From an uncultured Salipiger sp. (GTDB lineage: Bacteria > Pseudomonadota > Alphaproteobacteria > Rhodobacterales > Rhodobacteraceae): a DNA stretch of 64,000 nt. This document shows positions 1 through 8,795 of the stretch, one piece after another. The notes under the pieces were generated by a model, which worked only from the letters and a program-made list of their open reading frames with translations, ran no database searches and was not told the origin of the DNA. Each line of letters begins with the position of its first letter. Within the stretch, counting starts at the first letter, position 1. The stretch covers positions 756-64,755 of the forward strand of contig CAXICP010000001.1 in assembly GCA_964022595.1 (NCBI GenBank), given 5' to 3'. The position numbers and the translations under genes were made by a program.

Positions 1-32
1 ACGTAGCCCAGGCCGGCAACGGCGATCTTCAT
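1..32 (-). CDS. ugd: N-terminus of nucleotide-sugar dehydrogenase (UDP-glucose 6-dehydrogenase), runs off window edge
   Basis: Reverse strand from ATG at 32 reads MKIAVAGLGY(V), the GxGxxG Rossmann start typical of UDP-Glc/GDP-Man dehydrogenases; purine-rich AGAGGGA upstream. Confidence 0.7.
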   Translation of the reverse strand, partial: MKIAVAGLGY

Positions 33-171
33 CTCGGTATCCCTCTTTGCGGCCTTGGCCCGGTATGTGGTTTCCGGTGTAGAACCGATTGGCCGGGGCC
101 TCAAGAGAAGGGCGGCCCGCCCGGGCAAACTAGCCCGGCCTTTGCGCCCCGATGCGTCCGGCGCAGGCGCA

Positions 172-1200
172 TCAGGGCGCGCCGCGCCGTTCGGTCCATT
201 TGCGGCAGAACCCCAGAAAGGCCATTTCCGGGTTGCGGGGCGCGTCGGTGGCCCAGGCGCGCCATTCCGCCTCGATCATGCGCACGTCCCAGCCCGGGGC
301 GGCGGCGCGGGCCATGTCGTAGACTTCGGGGTCCAGCGGCGGGATGTCGACCGCCTCGGCATATTCCGGCCCCACGGTGCCGCGCGAGCGGGCGACCAGG
401 TGGTCCTTTTCGTCGTCGATGCGGATCTCGTAATCGGGCATGTGGCCGAATTTCTCGTCCTCGTCCGCGATCGCGGCCACCAGGCGACGGAATTCCCGCA
501 ACGTCGAACCCGAGCCGCATTTCTTCTGCAGCACCGCCAGGCTGACCCGCCATTCGCGCTGGCGCCCGCAATGCTTGCGCGACAGCTCGTAGATGCGCCG
601 TTCCAGCGGTTTGCGCAGGCGGAAGTATTCGCGCGACAGCGTCAGCACCTCTTGCGCCCGGATGGCGTTGAACACCCAGTCCGACAGCTTGACCTCGACT
701 TCCTGCATGCGCCCGTCGCGGGTTTCGCGCACGATGCGGGCGCGTTCGATCAGGCCGAATGTCTCGAATATCTCCTGCCCGCCGGTCGAGATGTTGGTCG
801 AGATCCGCGTGCCCGCCAGCCGTTCCATCGCTGCCTTCAGCAGGTTGTAGCCCCGCCCGGTGGTCATGCGGTTGGTCGCCTTGAGCAGGTCCGCGGCCTG
901 GAAGCGGATCACCTGCTGGGGCTCCTTGCCCTCGTTCATGCCCTTGATGAGGCTCGAGATGCAGTAGATCAGCACGTCCCGGTCATGCACCGTCGCCAGC
1001 CCGTCGACCGATGGCTTGATTTCGACCGTGAGGCCGTTGTGCTCGTATTTGCGCGGTCGGGTGTCGGGCTTGGTGGACAGCGAGAAGATGGGGTGTTCCA
1101 TCGAGCCCACGTCGCCCTTGGGCGCGGCGTCGAGGATGTCGCAGACGAAGAAGTCCCCCTGCGGATGGCGGTCCGGCAGCAGCGGAGATGCAGTGGTCAT
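172..1200 (-). CDS. repA: Plasmid replication initiator protein A (RPA family, Rhodobacterales RepA-type)
   Basis: 342 aa with LLPDRHPQGDFFVCDILDAAPKGD..SMEHPIFSLSTKPD, GLATVHDRDVLIYCISSL and YFRLRKPLERRIYELSRKHCG motifs; iterons directly upstream. Confidence 0.92.
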   Translation of the reverse strand: MTTASPLLPDRHPQGDFFVCDILDAAPKGDVGSMEHPIFSLSTKPDTRPRKYEHNGLTVEIKPSVDGLATVHDRDVLIYCISSLIKGMNEGKEPQQVIRFQAADLLKATNRMTTGRGYNLLKAAMERLAGTRISTNISTGGQEIFETFGLIERARIVRETRDGRMQEVEVKLSDWVFNAIRAQEVLTLSREYFRLRKPLERRIYELSRKHCGRQREWRVSLAVLQKKCGSGSTLREFRRLVAAIADEDEKFGHMPDYEIRIDDEKDHLVARSRGTVGPEYAEAVDIPPLDPEVYDMARAAAPGWDVRMIEAEWRAWATDAPRNPEMAFLGFCRKWTERRGAP

Positions 1201-1214
1201 CGGGGGCCTCGCTT

Positions 1215-1311
1215 CGACACTTCACACACGTTCGACCCTACAACGACACTTCACACACGTCCAGCATGGAAACGACACTTCGCACACGCCCCCTTCGACA
1301 CTTCACACACA
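1215..1311 (+). repeat. Iteron array 1: four direct copies of CGACACTTC(A/G)CACAC
   Basis: Copies start at 1215, 1244, 1273 and 1296 (spacing 29/29/23) immediately upstream of the repA start. Confidence 0.85.
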
Positions 1312-1375
1312 AACGCGGCGCAATCCGAGTCGTTTTGACCTTGGCAATGGGGGTGTCGGAGTCGGTTTTCCCGCA

Positions 1376-1389
1376 CGATTCGCGAATCG
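1376..1389. promoter_or_regulatory. Perfect 14-bp palindrome CGATTCGCGAATCG in the origin (contains two GANTC sites)
   Basis: Read directly; lies between the two iteron arrays. Confidence 0.5.
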
Positions 1390-1394
1390 CGGTG

Positions 1395-1460
1395 GAATCA
1401 CCACTTTACACACGCAGAATCACCACTCTACACACGCAGAATCACCACTTTACACACGGG
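1395..1460 (+). repeat. Iteron array 2: three tandem 22-bp repeats GAATCACCACT(T/C)TACACACG
   Basis: Copies at 1395, 1417 and 1439; 22-bp period is about two helical turns; shares the CACT..CACAC core with array 1. Confidence 0.9.
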
Positions 1461-1512
1461 GGGTGTCTGCAACATGTTGGAAATGCGTGGAAAAACCCGC
1501 CTCCAGGCAGGC

Positions 1513-1543
1513 GTAACACTGTATATAACACCTATATAACACC
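1513..1543 (+). other. AT-rich DNA unwinding element of oriV (tandem TATATAACACC)
   Basis: TATATAACACC at 1522 and 1533 plus a partial TAACAC at 1514, next to iterons in otherwise GC-rich DNA. Confidence 0.6.
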
Positions 1544-1623
1544 CAAGGCGCGCGCAGGCCGGTGTTTGCGGCCCCGCGGCGCGCCCGGGACCGGCCCCGT
1601 GACGGGCCGGGAAAAGCTTGCGC

Positions 1624-2340
1624 CTATTGGGGGATGTCCTTCTCGTATCCATCCAGGATTTCCAGCCCGTAGTGCCGGAACAGCGCGCCGATGATGCGCG
1701 CATCGGCGATCAGGTCCAGCGGGTCGTGGATGTCCGAGCGCAACGCGCGGACGATGTCCGGATCCGAGAATGCATTGACGAAGATCCCCCCTGCCCCGTC
1801 GGCGCGCGTCAGGTCCAGATGCGCGCGCAGCCGCCGGCTTTCCTTCAGCGCCGTTGCCCGTTCCAGCCCCAGATACCTGGCCGAGGCCTTTTTCATCAGC
1901 GCCTTTTCCAGGTAGCCAAGCGACGTGCCAAGATGCTCTGCCACGGTTTTCATCCGGGCGATGTCCACCGGCAGCCAGACCACGAAGCCGCGGATGTTCT
2001 TCTTGGCCCTCTTCGTCTCTGCTGCGGGCTGGGGGGCGGCTTCCTGGCGCCCTGCCCCGGCTTTCGGCGCGGGTTTTCGGGCGGGCGCACTGTCAGGTGC
2101 GGCCTTGCGCCGGGGTTTGGGTTTTGCCGGCGCGGCGGTTTCGGCGCGCGTTTCGGGCTGCGCGGGGGCTTCGGGCTGCGGATCCTGGCGCACCGGGGCC
2201 GCGCGGCCGGCGTATTGCGCCGTGGTCCGTTCCAGCCGGCTTTTGGCCATGTCGTGTTCCGCCGCGTTCGGAAGCGCATGGCCGGTGCGAATGACGCGGC
2301 CCCTCTTGCGTTTTCCGGTGTTGGCATCGCCGCTCATCAT
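1624..2340 (-). CDS. Putative DNA-binding partition partner (VirC2-like, predicted tandem ribbon-helix-helix C-terminus)
   Basis: ATGA overlap with parA stop; basic N-terminus, Pro/Ala/Lys-rich linker, two strand-helix-helix-like segments; no ParB GxxR box. Confidence 0.55.
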   Translation of the reverse strand: MMSGDANTGKRKRGRVIRTGHALPNAAEHDMAKSRLERTTAQYAGRAAPVRQDPQPEAPAQPETRAETAAPAKPKPRRKAAPDSAPARKPAPKAGAGRQEAAPQPAAETKRAKKNIRGFVVWLPVDIARMKTVAEHLGTSLGYLEKALMKKASARYLGLERATALKESRRLRAHLDLTRADGAGGIFVNAFSDPDIVRALRSDIHDPLDLIADARIIGALFRHYGLEILDGYEKDIPQ

Positions 2341-3131
2341 TCGGCCCTCCCTGCGTCGGCTGCGCGGGTGTCGATCACCTCGAACAACTCGTCCAGAAGC
2401 GCCTCGCCCCCGGCCAGAAGGTCGTGCATCGCCGCGCCCTGCAGCCGGCCCGCGGGCTGCCCGCTTGCCGCGTCCGCCGCCACGCCAAGCGGCCCCCAGG
2501 CGGCGATTTCCTTCCAGTACTTGGAATCGGGGATGACGGTCAGCGCATGGGGCATCGCCATGACCGCCTGCAGCGCATCCCGGTCGCGCGGGTTGAGCCT
2601 GCCGATGTCCAGATCACCCGTGAGAACCGAGATCATCTTGCCGGGCACCGCCGTCAGCACGGTGCGCAGGGCCGGCGTGGGGGAATCCGACGTGACCGTC
2701 TTCAGGATGTCCTCGAACCAGCGCACGGTGCGTTCGGCGACCGAGAAATCGGACTGCTCCGGGCGGGTCGGCACCAGGACGAGGTCGGTGGCCAGGATCA
2801 GGTCTTCGGTATCGGCGTTGGCGCCGGGGCGGGTGTCGATCAGCACCAGGTCGTAGTCTTCGGCTTCCATGCGCGCGTAGCCGTCGTAGATCTCGTCCAT
2901 GTCGGCCACGGCGCCGCTGATGGACAGCCGGTCGCGGGGCCATTCGGGCTTGGCGATGCGGCCCCAGGACGCCCTGGCAAAGCTGGATTCCCAGCCCATG
3001 CCCTGGGGGTCGGTGTCGACGTCGAAGATGTGCACCTTCATGCCCTTGCCAAGGGCTGCCGAGGCAAGGATGCGCGTCAGCGTCGTCTTGCCGCTGCCGC
3101 CCTTCATCATCATGGTCGAGATTGTCTTCAT
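2337..3131 (-). CDS. parA: ParA/VirC1-like deviant Walker A ATPase
   Basis: MKTISTMMMKGGSGKTT, DVD, YDLVLIDTRPG motifs; GAGGGA RBS before ATG 3131; no N-terminal HTH (short type). Confidence 0.88.
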   Translation of the reverse strand: MKTISTMMMKGGSGKTTLTRILASAALGKGMKVHIFDVDTDPQGMGWESSFARASWGRIAKPEWPRDRLSISGAVADMDEIYDGYARMEAEDYDLVLIDTRPGANADTEDLILATDLVLVPTRPEQSDFSVAERTVRWFEDILKTVTSDSPTPALRTVLTAVPGKMISVLTGDLDIGRLNPRDRDALQAVMAMPHALTVIPDSKYWKEIAAWGPLGVAADAASGQPAGRLQGAAMHDLLAGGEALLDELFEVIDTRAADAGRAE

Positions 3132-3149
3132 GCGCGCGTCCCTCAAGTC

Positions 3150-3415
3150 CAGCAGTCAATATATCCTGTGATCAGCCTGTCATGAGGACATGCGATCAGG
3201 TCATTATCCGATTGGCTTTTCATTGGATCATATGATTGGCCATGCAACCTGTCCATCTATTCCTAAGTTAGGTGTTCATGTGACCCTGTGATCACCACCT
3301 CATTAAAGCATGTAGCCAAAATATCCTGTAAACAAGAGTGTCAGCAGTACAGGTATAAATATATCAATCTACCCACCTATTACAGCAATCCGCATATCAT
3401 GTAGTCAATATTTCA
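3150..3415. promoter_or_regulatory. AT-rich par promoter / candidate centromere with short direct repeats
   Basis: ATATCCTGT at 3161 and 3321; CCTGTGATCA at 3165 and 3285; AGTCAATAT at 3154 and 3403; CATGTAG at 3309 and 3398. Confidence 0.55.
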
Positions 3416-3606
3416 ACACCTCCTGCGGTTCGTGGCTCTTTTCGCCCGCAGGGCGCTTTTGCCCATCTTCGGCTGAACGGGGCCAAAGAAAGCCAGAAGG
3501 GCGCCCTGTGCCGCCTGTGCGGCGCGCTGGCGCCCCTTTGCGCAGGGAAAGGGCGGCCCGCGTCGCAGCCCGGCCATCACGTTGTGCGGCGCCGGGTTTC
3601 GCGGCA

Positions 3607-3636
3607 TTGACCCCCGCCCCGCAAACGGGGCATCCT
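3607..3636 (+). promoter_or_regulatory. Putative promoter of copper operon with dyad in spacer
   Basis: TTGACC-18 bp-CATCCT with GCCCCG-caaa-CGGGGC inverted repeat (3616-3631) in the spacer. Confidence 0.3.
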
Positions 3637-3664
3637 TTGCCACGCCCTCGCCCCCGGAGAAACC

Positions 3665-3985
3665 TTGCGGTTCATCGTTCTCATCGCCCTTGCCAGCTTT
3701 CTTGCGCTGGTCGCCCTGCCGTCGATGAACGGCGCGGCAGCGCATGGCCATGACCATGTGCACGACTGCCCGGGATGCGACGGGGCGCCGCCTTCGGACG
3801 GGGCCGCCGGGGCCGACCTGCCCCCGGGCTGTTCGCCCATGGGGCCCTGCGCGCCGGCCATGCTGTTGCCCGACCCCGGGGCCTTGGGGGCGCCTGTCGC
3901 CCACGCGGCGCCCCACCCATGGCCCGGGAAAACGGGCGGCCGACCGGTCATCCTGTCGCTGGATTTGCCGCCGCCGCGCGGCTGA
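3665..3985 (+). CDS. CutF/CopL-like metal-sensing leader protein
   Basis: GGAGA RBS + TTG; Sec-type signal, HGHDHVHDCPGC and CSPMGPC motifs, C-terminal LDLPPPRG; upstream of a multicopper oxidase. Confidence 0.75.
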   Translation: MRFIVLIALASFLALVALPSMNGAAAHGHDHVHDCPGCDGAPPSDGAAGADLPPGCSPMGPCAPAMLLPDPGALGAPVAHAAPHPWPGKTGGRPVILSLDLPPPRG

Positions 3986-4069
3986 AGCCGCACGATTTTG
4001 CGACATCGGCGGGCAGATCTGCCCGGAACAGGCTGCGCGGCCCGGTGCCGCGCGAGACAGGACAGTACC

Positions 4070-4174
4070 ATGAACAAGACAACCCAGGCGGGGATCGCCA
4101 TGACGATCGGCGCCCCTGGCCCGACCCGCCCATGCGGGGGATCTGCAACGCGCGAAGGGGGCCGACGGACATGA
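4070..4174 (+). CDS. 34-aa small ORF coupled to the oxidase start (leader relay or gene remnant)
   Basis: [43 protein letters not shown], stop overlaps oxidase ATG (ATGA 4171-4174). Confidence 0.4.
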   Translation: MNKTTQAGIAMTIGAPGPTRPCGGSATREGGRRT

Positions 4175-5544
4175 CCATGACACGACGGGTATTCTGCGCC
4201 GCGCTTGCCGCCGCGCCCCTGGCCCGGCCCGCCGGGGCCGCAGAGGGGGCGCTTACGGCGCAGGAAGCGACGGTGCAGCTGGCCCCGAAGGGCTACGCGG
4301 CGACGCGGATCTGGAGCTATGACGGAACGCTGCCCGGCCCGGTGATCCGGGCGGGGCAGGGCAGCCACCTGCGGCGGCGGCTAATCAACGCGCTGCCCGT
4401 GCCCACCTCTGTCCACTGGCACGGCATCCGGATCGACAATGCCATGGACGGGGTGGCGGGGCTGACGCAGCAGGCGGTGCCGCCCGGCGGCAGTTTCGAC
4501 TATGCCTTCGATCTGCCCGACGCGGGGACCTTCTGGTACCACGCCCACACCCGGTCCATGGAACAGGTGGCCCGCGGGCTGTCGGGCGCGCTGATCGTCG
4601 AAGAGGCCACGCCCCCCGACGTGGACCGCGACGAGGTGCTGCTGATCGACGACTGGCTGCTGGACCCCGAGACGGGGCAGTTCGCCGGGGATTTTTCCAA
4701 CCCCATGATGCAAAGCCACGCGGGGCGGACGGGCAACCTGGAAGGCATCAACGGGCGCCATGACTTCACCTTGAGCGCGCGGCAGAACGAACGGATGCGC
4801 CTGCGCCTGATCAACGGGGCCAACGCGCGGATCTTTGCGCTGCGGCTGGACGGGCTGCGGGGCTGGACGGTGGCGCTGGACGGGATGCCGCTGCCCGGCG
4901 TGCAGCCGGTGACCGGGCCCATCGTGCTGGCGCCCGGGCAGCGGGCCGACCTGATCGTCGACGTCACCGCTGCCGAGGGCTCGCCGGCGGGGCTGCTGTT
5001 CGCGGTGGGCGATGGCTGGCGCGCCCTGGCCGAGATCGCCGTGACGGGCCGCATCGCCCGCACCCCGCGCGCGGCGCCCCCGCCGCTGCCGCCCAACCGC
5101 GAGGCCCCGCTGAACGGCCTTGCCGATGCGCCGCTGCGCGAAATGCGGATCGAGGGCGGCGCCATGCGCGGCATGGATGGCGCCCGCTTCCAGGGGCGGG
5201 ACATGGGCTGGGACGAGCTGGTGCGCAACGGCCGGTTCTGGGCCCTGGCCGGGCAGGTCGGGCTGGGCGAGGCCCCCTTTGCCTCGGTCTCGCAGGGCGA
5301 GACCCTGCGCATCCGGCTGGCCAATGACACGGCCTTTCCCCACGCGATGCACCTGCACGGCATGCATTTCCGCACCCTTGCCGCGGATGGAACCCACGGT
5401 CCGCTGCGGGATACGGTGCTGGTCGGGGCAGGGGAGGCGGCCGAGATCGCCTTTGTGGCCGACAACCCCGGCAAGTGGCTGCTGCATTGTCACATGCTGG
5501 GCCACGCGGCATCGGGCATGACAAGCTGGATCCGCGTCGCATGA
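4171..5544 (+). CDS. TAT-exported multicopper oxidase (CutO/CueO-like)
   Basis: MTRRVFC twin-arginine signal; HWHG, WYHAH, HAMHLHG and [12 protein letters not shown] copper-ligand motifs. Confidence 0.95.
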   Translation: MTMTRRVFCAALAAAPLARPAGAAEGALTAQEATVQLAPKGYAATRIWSYDGTLPGPVIRAGQGSHLRRRLINALPVPTSVHWHGIRIDNAMDGVAGLTQQAVPPGGSFDYAFDLPDAGTFWYHAHTRSMEQVARGLSGALIVEEATPPDVDRDEVLLIDDWLLDPETGQFAGDFSNPMMQSHAGRTGNLEGINGRHDFTLSARQNERMRLRLINGANARIFALRLDGLRGWTVALDGMPLPGVQPVTGPIVLAPGQRADLIVDVTAAEGSPAGLLFAVGDGWRALAEIAVTGRIARTPRAAPPPLPPNREAPLNGLADAPLREMRIEGGAMRGMDGARFQGRDMGWDELVRNGRFWALAGQVGLGEAPFASVSQGETLRIRLANDTAFPHAMHLHGMHFRTLAADGTHGPLRDTVLVGAGEAAEIAFVADNPGKWLLHCHMLGHAASGMTSWIRVA

Positions 5545-5930
5545 GGGGCCTGGTCATCCTGTGCCTTGGGGCCGTGCTGGGCGGGGCGGGGAATGCGGCC
5601 CCGGATGGCGCCGCGCTTTACGCCGGGCATTGCGCATCCTGTCATGGCGCGCAGCTGGAAGGGCAGCCGGACTGGCGCGAACGCGGCCCCGACGGGCGCC
5701 TGCCCGCGCCGCCGCATGACGCCAGCGGCCACACCTGGCACCACCCGGATGCCCTGCTCGAGCGTATCGTCCGGGATGGCACCGCAGCCGTGGTGGGGGG
5801 CGGTTACCAAAGCGACATGCCCGGCTTCGGCGACGTGCTGAGCGATGCCGAAATCCGCGCCGTTCTCGACTACATCAAGTCGACCTGGCCCGAGCGGGAG
5901 CGCCTGCACCAGAAGGCGATCTCGCGCTAG
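5541..5930 (+). CDS. Periplasmic c-type cytochrome (copper-operon associated)
   Basis: Signal peptide, CASCH heme motif, [17 protein letters not shown] axial Met; ATGA overlap with oxidase. Confidence 0.9.
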   Translation: MRGLVILCLGAVLGGAGNAAPDGAALYAGHCASCHGAQLEGQPDWRERGPDGRLPAPPHDASGHTWHHPDALLERIVRDGTAAVVGGGYQSDMPGFGDVLSDAEIRAVLDYIKSTWPERERLHQKAISR

Positions 5931-6005
5931 GGCGGGGCGCGCTGCCCGAAGATCGGGCAGCGCCTGCCGGGCGGCGGGGCGATGCCACTCTTTCCCGCAA
6001 CCCGG

Positions 6006-6028
6006 GGGCGGATCAGAGCGATCCGCCC
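6006..6028. terminator. GC hairpin after the copper operon
   Basis: GGGCGGATC-agagc-GATCCGCCC perfect 9-bp stem; no strong U tract. Confidence 0.35.
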
Positions 6029-6313
6029 ACAACCGCCTTGTTGACGGGCCGCAGTCGGGATATGGTCGACCGGCATGTCTTTTTCAGACGTGGGCGCGGG
6101 GGCGTCGAGCTGGTTTTTAGTCAATTCGGGGTATGAGGCAGCAATGGTCCTCGCGGCACAGACGCAGTCCGTCATTCGGGGCGCCGGCATCCTTTTCCGT
6201 GCAAAGACGCCGCTTGCCCGCGCGCCCTTTGGGGATACCTTGACGCAGGGGGGCCCGCTTGCGCGACCCTTGCCCGCACCCGATCATTTGTTTCAACGGA
6301 CCTTTGCCTTCTG

Positions 6314-7576
6314 ATGTCAGCTTCGACACCCCGCCGCATTCTTATCGTCGTCGAGAACCTGCCCGTGCCGCTGGACCGGCGTGTGTGGCTCGAGGCGACG
6401 ACGCTGGTGCAGGCCGGCTACGAGGTTTCCGTGATCTGCCCGATGGGGCGCGGATGGGATGCCCCCTACGAAGAGATCGAGGGCGTGCACATCTACCGCC
6501 ACCCCGAACCGCCCGAGGCGCATTCCGGCGCCGTCGCCTATGCCCGCGAATACCTGCACGCCATCCGCCACTGGTTCCGGCTGGCGCGGGTGGTGCGGCG
6601 CGAGCGCGGCTTCGACGTGATCCACGGCTGCAACCCGCCCGACCTGATCTTTCTGCTGGCGCTGCGCTACCGCGCCGCCGGGGTGGGCTACCTGTTCGAC
6701 CATCACGATGTCTGCCCCGAACTGTTCGAGGCCAAGTTCGGCAAGCGGGGCCTGCTGTGGCGCATCATGCTGCTGTTCGAACGCCTGACCTTCGCCGTGG
6801 CGGACGTGTCGATCTCGACCAATGAAAGCTTTCGCCGCATCGCCATCGAACGCGGCCGCATGGCCCCCGAGGACGTGTTCACCGTGCGCTCGGCGCCCCG
6901 CATCGACAAGTTCCAGCCCGGCCCGGGCGATGCGTCGATCCGCCAGGGCGCCGGAACCGTGCTGGGCTATGTCGGGGTGATCGGCCAGCAGGAAGGCATG
7001 GACCTGCTGATCGAGGCGCTGGACCTGCTGGGCCGCGAGATGGGCCATGACGACGTGCGCCTGGTGGTGGTGGGCTTTGGCCCGCACCTGTCGGCGGTGC
7101 AGGCCGACGTGGCGGCGCGCGGCCTGTCGGACCGGGTGACCTTTACCGGGGCGCGTTACGGCGACGAGCTGCTGGCGATCCTCAACGAGATCGACATCGG
7201 CGTCGCGCCCGACCCCAAGAACGCGATGAACGACATCTCGACCATGAACAAGGTCATGGAATACATGACCCTGGAAAAGCCGCTGGTGCAGTTCGACCTG
7301 ACCGAGGGGCGCGCCAGCGCCGGCGATGCCGCGCTTTATGCGCGCGCCAACGATCCGCAGGATTTCGCCCGCTGCCTGGCGCAGCTTATCCAGGACCCGG
7401 ACCTGCGCCGGCGCCTGGGGCTGCGGGGCAGGGCACGCGTGCTTGAATCCCTGTCCTGGAGCGCGTCCGTCCCGCATCTTCTGGCGGCCTATGACCGGGT
7501 CTTCGGCAAGCTGCGCCCGGGGCAAAGCGCCCCCGTCCGAGCCGACCCCCCCGAGGTGGGCAACCCGGTTTCCTGA
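6314..7576 (+). CDS. Glycosyltransferase family 4
   Basis: ENLPVPLDRRVWLEA, GCNPPD, FDHHD and STMNKVMEYM motifs of GT-B enzymes. Confidence 0.92.
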   Translation: MSASTPRRILIVVENLPVPLDRRVWLEATTLVQAGYEVSVICPMGRGWDAPYEEIEGVHIYRHPEPPEAHSGAVAYAREYLHAIRHWFRLARVVRRERGFDVIHGCNPPDLIFLLALRYRAAGVGYLFDHHDVCPELFEAKFGKRGLLWRIMLLFERLTFAVADVSISTNESFRRIAIERGRMAPEDVFTVRSAPRIDKFQPGPGDASIRQGAGTVLGYVGVIGQQEGMDLLIEALDLLGREMGHDDVRLVVVGFGPHLSAVQADVAARGLSDRVTFTGARYGDELLAILNEIDIGVAPDPKNAMNDISTMNKVMEYMTLEKPLVQFDLTEGRASAGDAALYARANDPQDFARCLAQLIQDPDLRRRLGLRGRARVLESLSWSASVPHLLAAYDRVFGKLRPGQSAPVRADPPEVGNPVS

Positions 7577-7667
7577 CCGGACGTTTCGCGCCCCGGTTTC
7601 CCGTATTGCCTGTTTTTTGGAAGTTCGCCTCGGGGTTGAGTGCTCCTTCGCGCTTTTTTTGCGTCAT

Positions 7668-7684
7668 GGTTACCGTGCCGTTAA
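7668..7684. promoter_or_regulatory. CtrA-box-like site
   Basis: Reverse strand TTAA-cggcacg-GTAACC, one mismatch to TTAA-N7-TTAAC; in an AT-rich intergenic region. Confidence 0.4.
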
Positions 7685-7831
7685 ATCTCCTCAATTAAGC
7701 TTGATTTCGAACAGACCCGATTGCTACCTCGCAATTGATGCTGCGGTTGAAACAGTCTTCGGGGGGGATCGCCTCCGTGTCCGGTCCGCAACGTCGATTC
7801 GTCGCACACGCGCAAACAGGCAGGTGACTGC

Positions 7832-8029
7832 ATGGAGCTCTTGACCGTTGTCCTGATGATTTATGCCGCGGTGACCGCCGCGGCCCTGATAATGACTTTT
7901 CGCGAACAGCGCCTCAAGGGCGTGAGAACCCCGGTCCATGTCGCCATCGGTTACGTGCTGTGCACGGCCTGGCCGGCGGTGGTGGCCGTCATCCTGATTT
8001 TCTACAAGCCGAGGCTGCAAGACAGCTGA
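7832..8029 (+). CDS. Small two-TM membrane protein, unknown function
   Basis: 65 aa, CAGGTGA RBS, two hydrophobic segments separated by a basic loop. Confidence 0.65.
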   Translation: MELLTVVLMIYAAVTAAALIMTFREQRLKGVRTPVHVAIGYVLCTAWPAVVAVILIFYKPRLQDS

Positions 8030-8087
8030 TCCCGCGTCCTCGCGGCCTTCGGGCCCGAAATGACCTTGCATCGCAGGAGCGTATCCC

Positions 8088-8786
8088 ATGGCCATGGAAT
8101 GTGACACGCCGCAGGCCGCCCGTTCGGGCGTGCGCCCGGACGCCCGAAGGGATGCCCGTGCCCCGGGCCGAGCGCGCGCCGGGCTTTACCGCAGGATCGG
8201 CAAGCGGGCGCTTGATCTTGCGCTGGTGCTGATCGCGGCCCCGGCGATCCTGGCGGTGCTGCTGCCGCTGGTGATCGCGGTGGCCTGCGACGGGGGCGCG
8301 CCGTTTTACACGCAGATGCGGGTGGGCCGGGGGGGGCGGCTCTACCGGATGTGGAAGCTGCGTTCGATGGTGGCCGATTCCGACCGGCTGCTGGCCGAAC
8401 ACCTGGCCGCCGACCCCGCCGCGCGCGAGGAATGGCACCACACCCAGAAACTGAGCCATGATCCCCGCATCACCGCCGTGGGGCGGATCATCCGCAAGAC
8501 CTCGCTCGACGAGCTGCCGCAGCTGTGGAACGTGCTGCGCGGAGACATGAGCCTGGTGGGCCCGCGCCCCATGATGGAAAGCCAGCGCAGCCTGTACCAG
8601 GGGCGCGCCTATTACCGCCTGCGCCCCGGTGTCACCGGCCTGTGGCAGGTGGCGGCCCGCAACCAGAGCAGCTTTGCCGCGCGCGCCAGCTTCGACACGC
8701 TGTATGACCGGCGGCTGTCGCTGCGCCAGGACCTGACGCTGCTTGCGGCCACGGTGGCGGTGGTGTGCCGCTGCACGGGCCGCTAG
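8088..8786 (+). CDS. Priming sugar transferase (undecaprenyl-phosphate glycosylphosphotransferase, ExoY-like)
   Basis: KRALD, MWKLRSM, DPRIT.VG..IRKTSLDELPQLWNVLRGDMSLVGPRP, RPGVTGLWQV. Confidence 0.95.
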   Translation: MAMECDTPQAARSGVRPDARRDARAPGRARAGLYRRIGKRALDLALVLIAAPAILAVLLPLVIAVACDGGAPFYTQMRVGRGGRLYRMWKLRSMVADSDRLLAEHLAADPAAREEWHHTQKLSHDPRITAVGRIIRKTSLDELPQLWNVLRGDMSLVGPRPMMESQRSLYQGRAYYRLRPGVTGLWQVAARNQSSFAARASFDTLYDRRLSLRQDLTLLAATVAVVCRCTGR

Positions 8787-8795
8787 GGCAGGGCG

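Noticed and set aside
1215-1460. Mini-CRISPR array
   Set aside because: Repeats are 15-22 bp with 0-14 bp gaps, no cas genes, and they abut repA; iterons explain them
3150-3340. A real T-DNA region
   Set aside because: Only the border core matches, the copies are 160 bp apart, and no vir T4SS or virD2 is present; kept only as an oriT/centromere hypothesis
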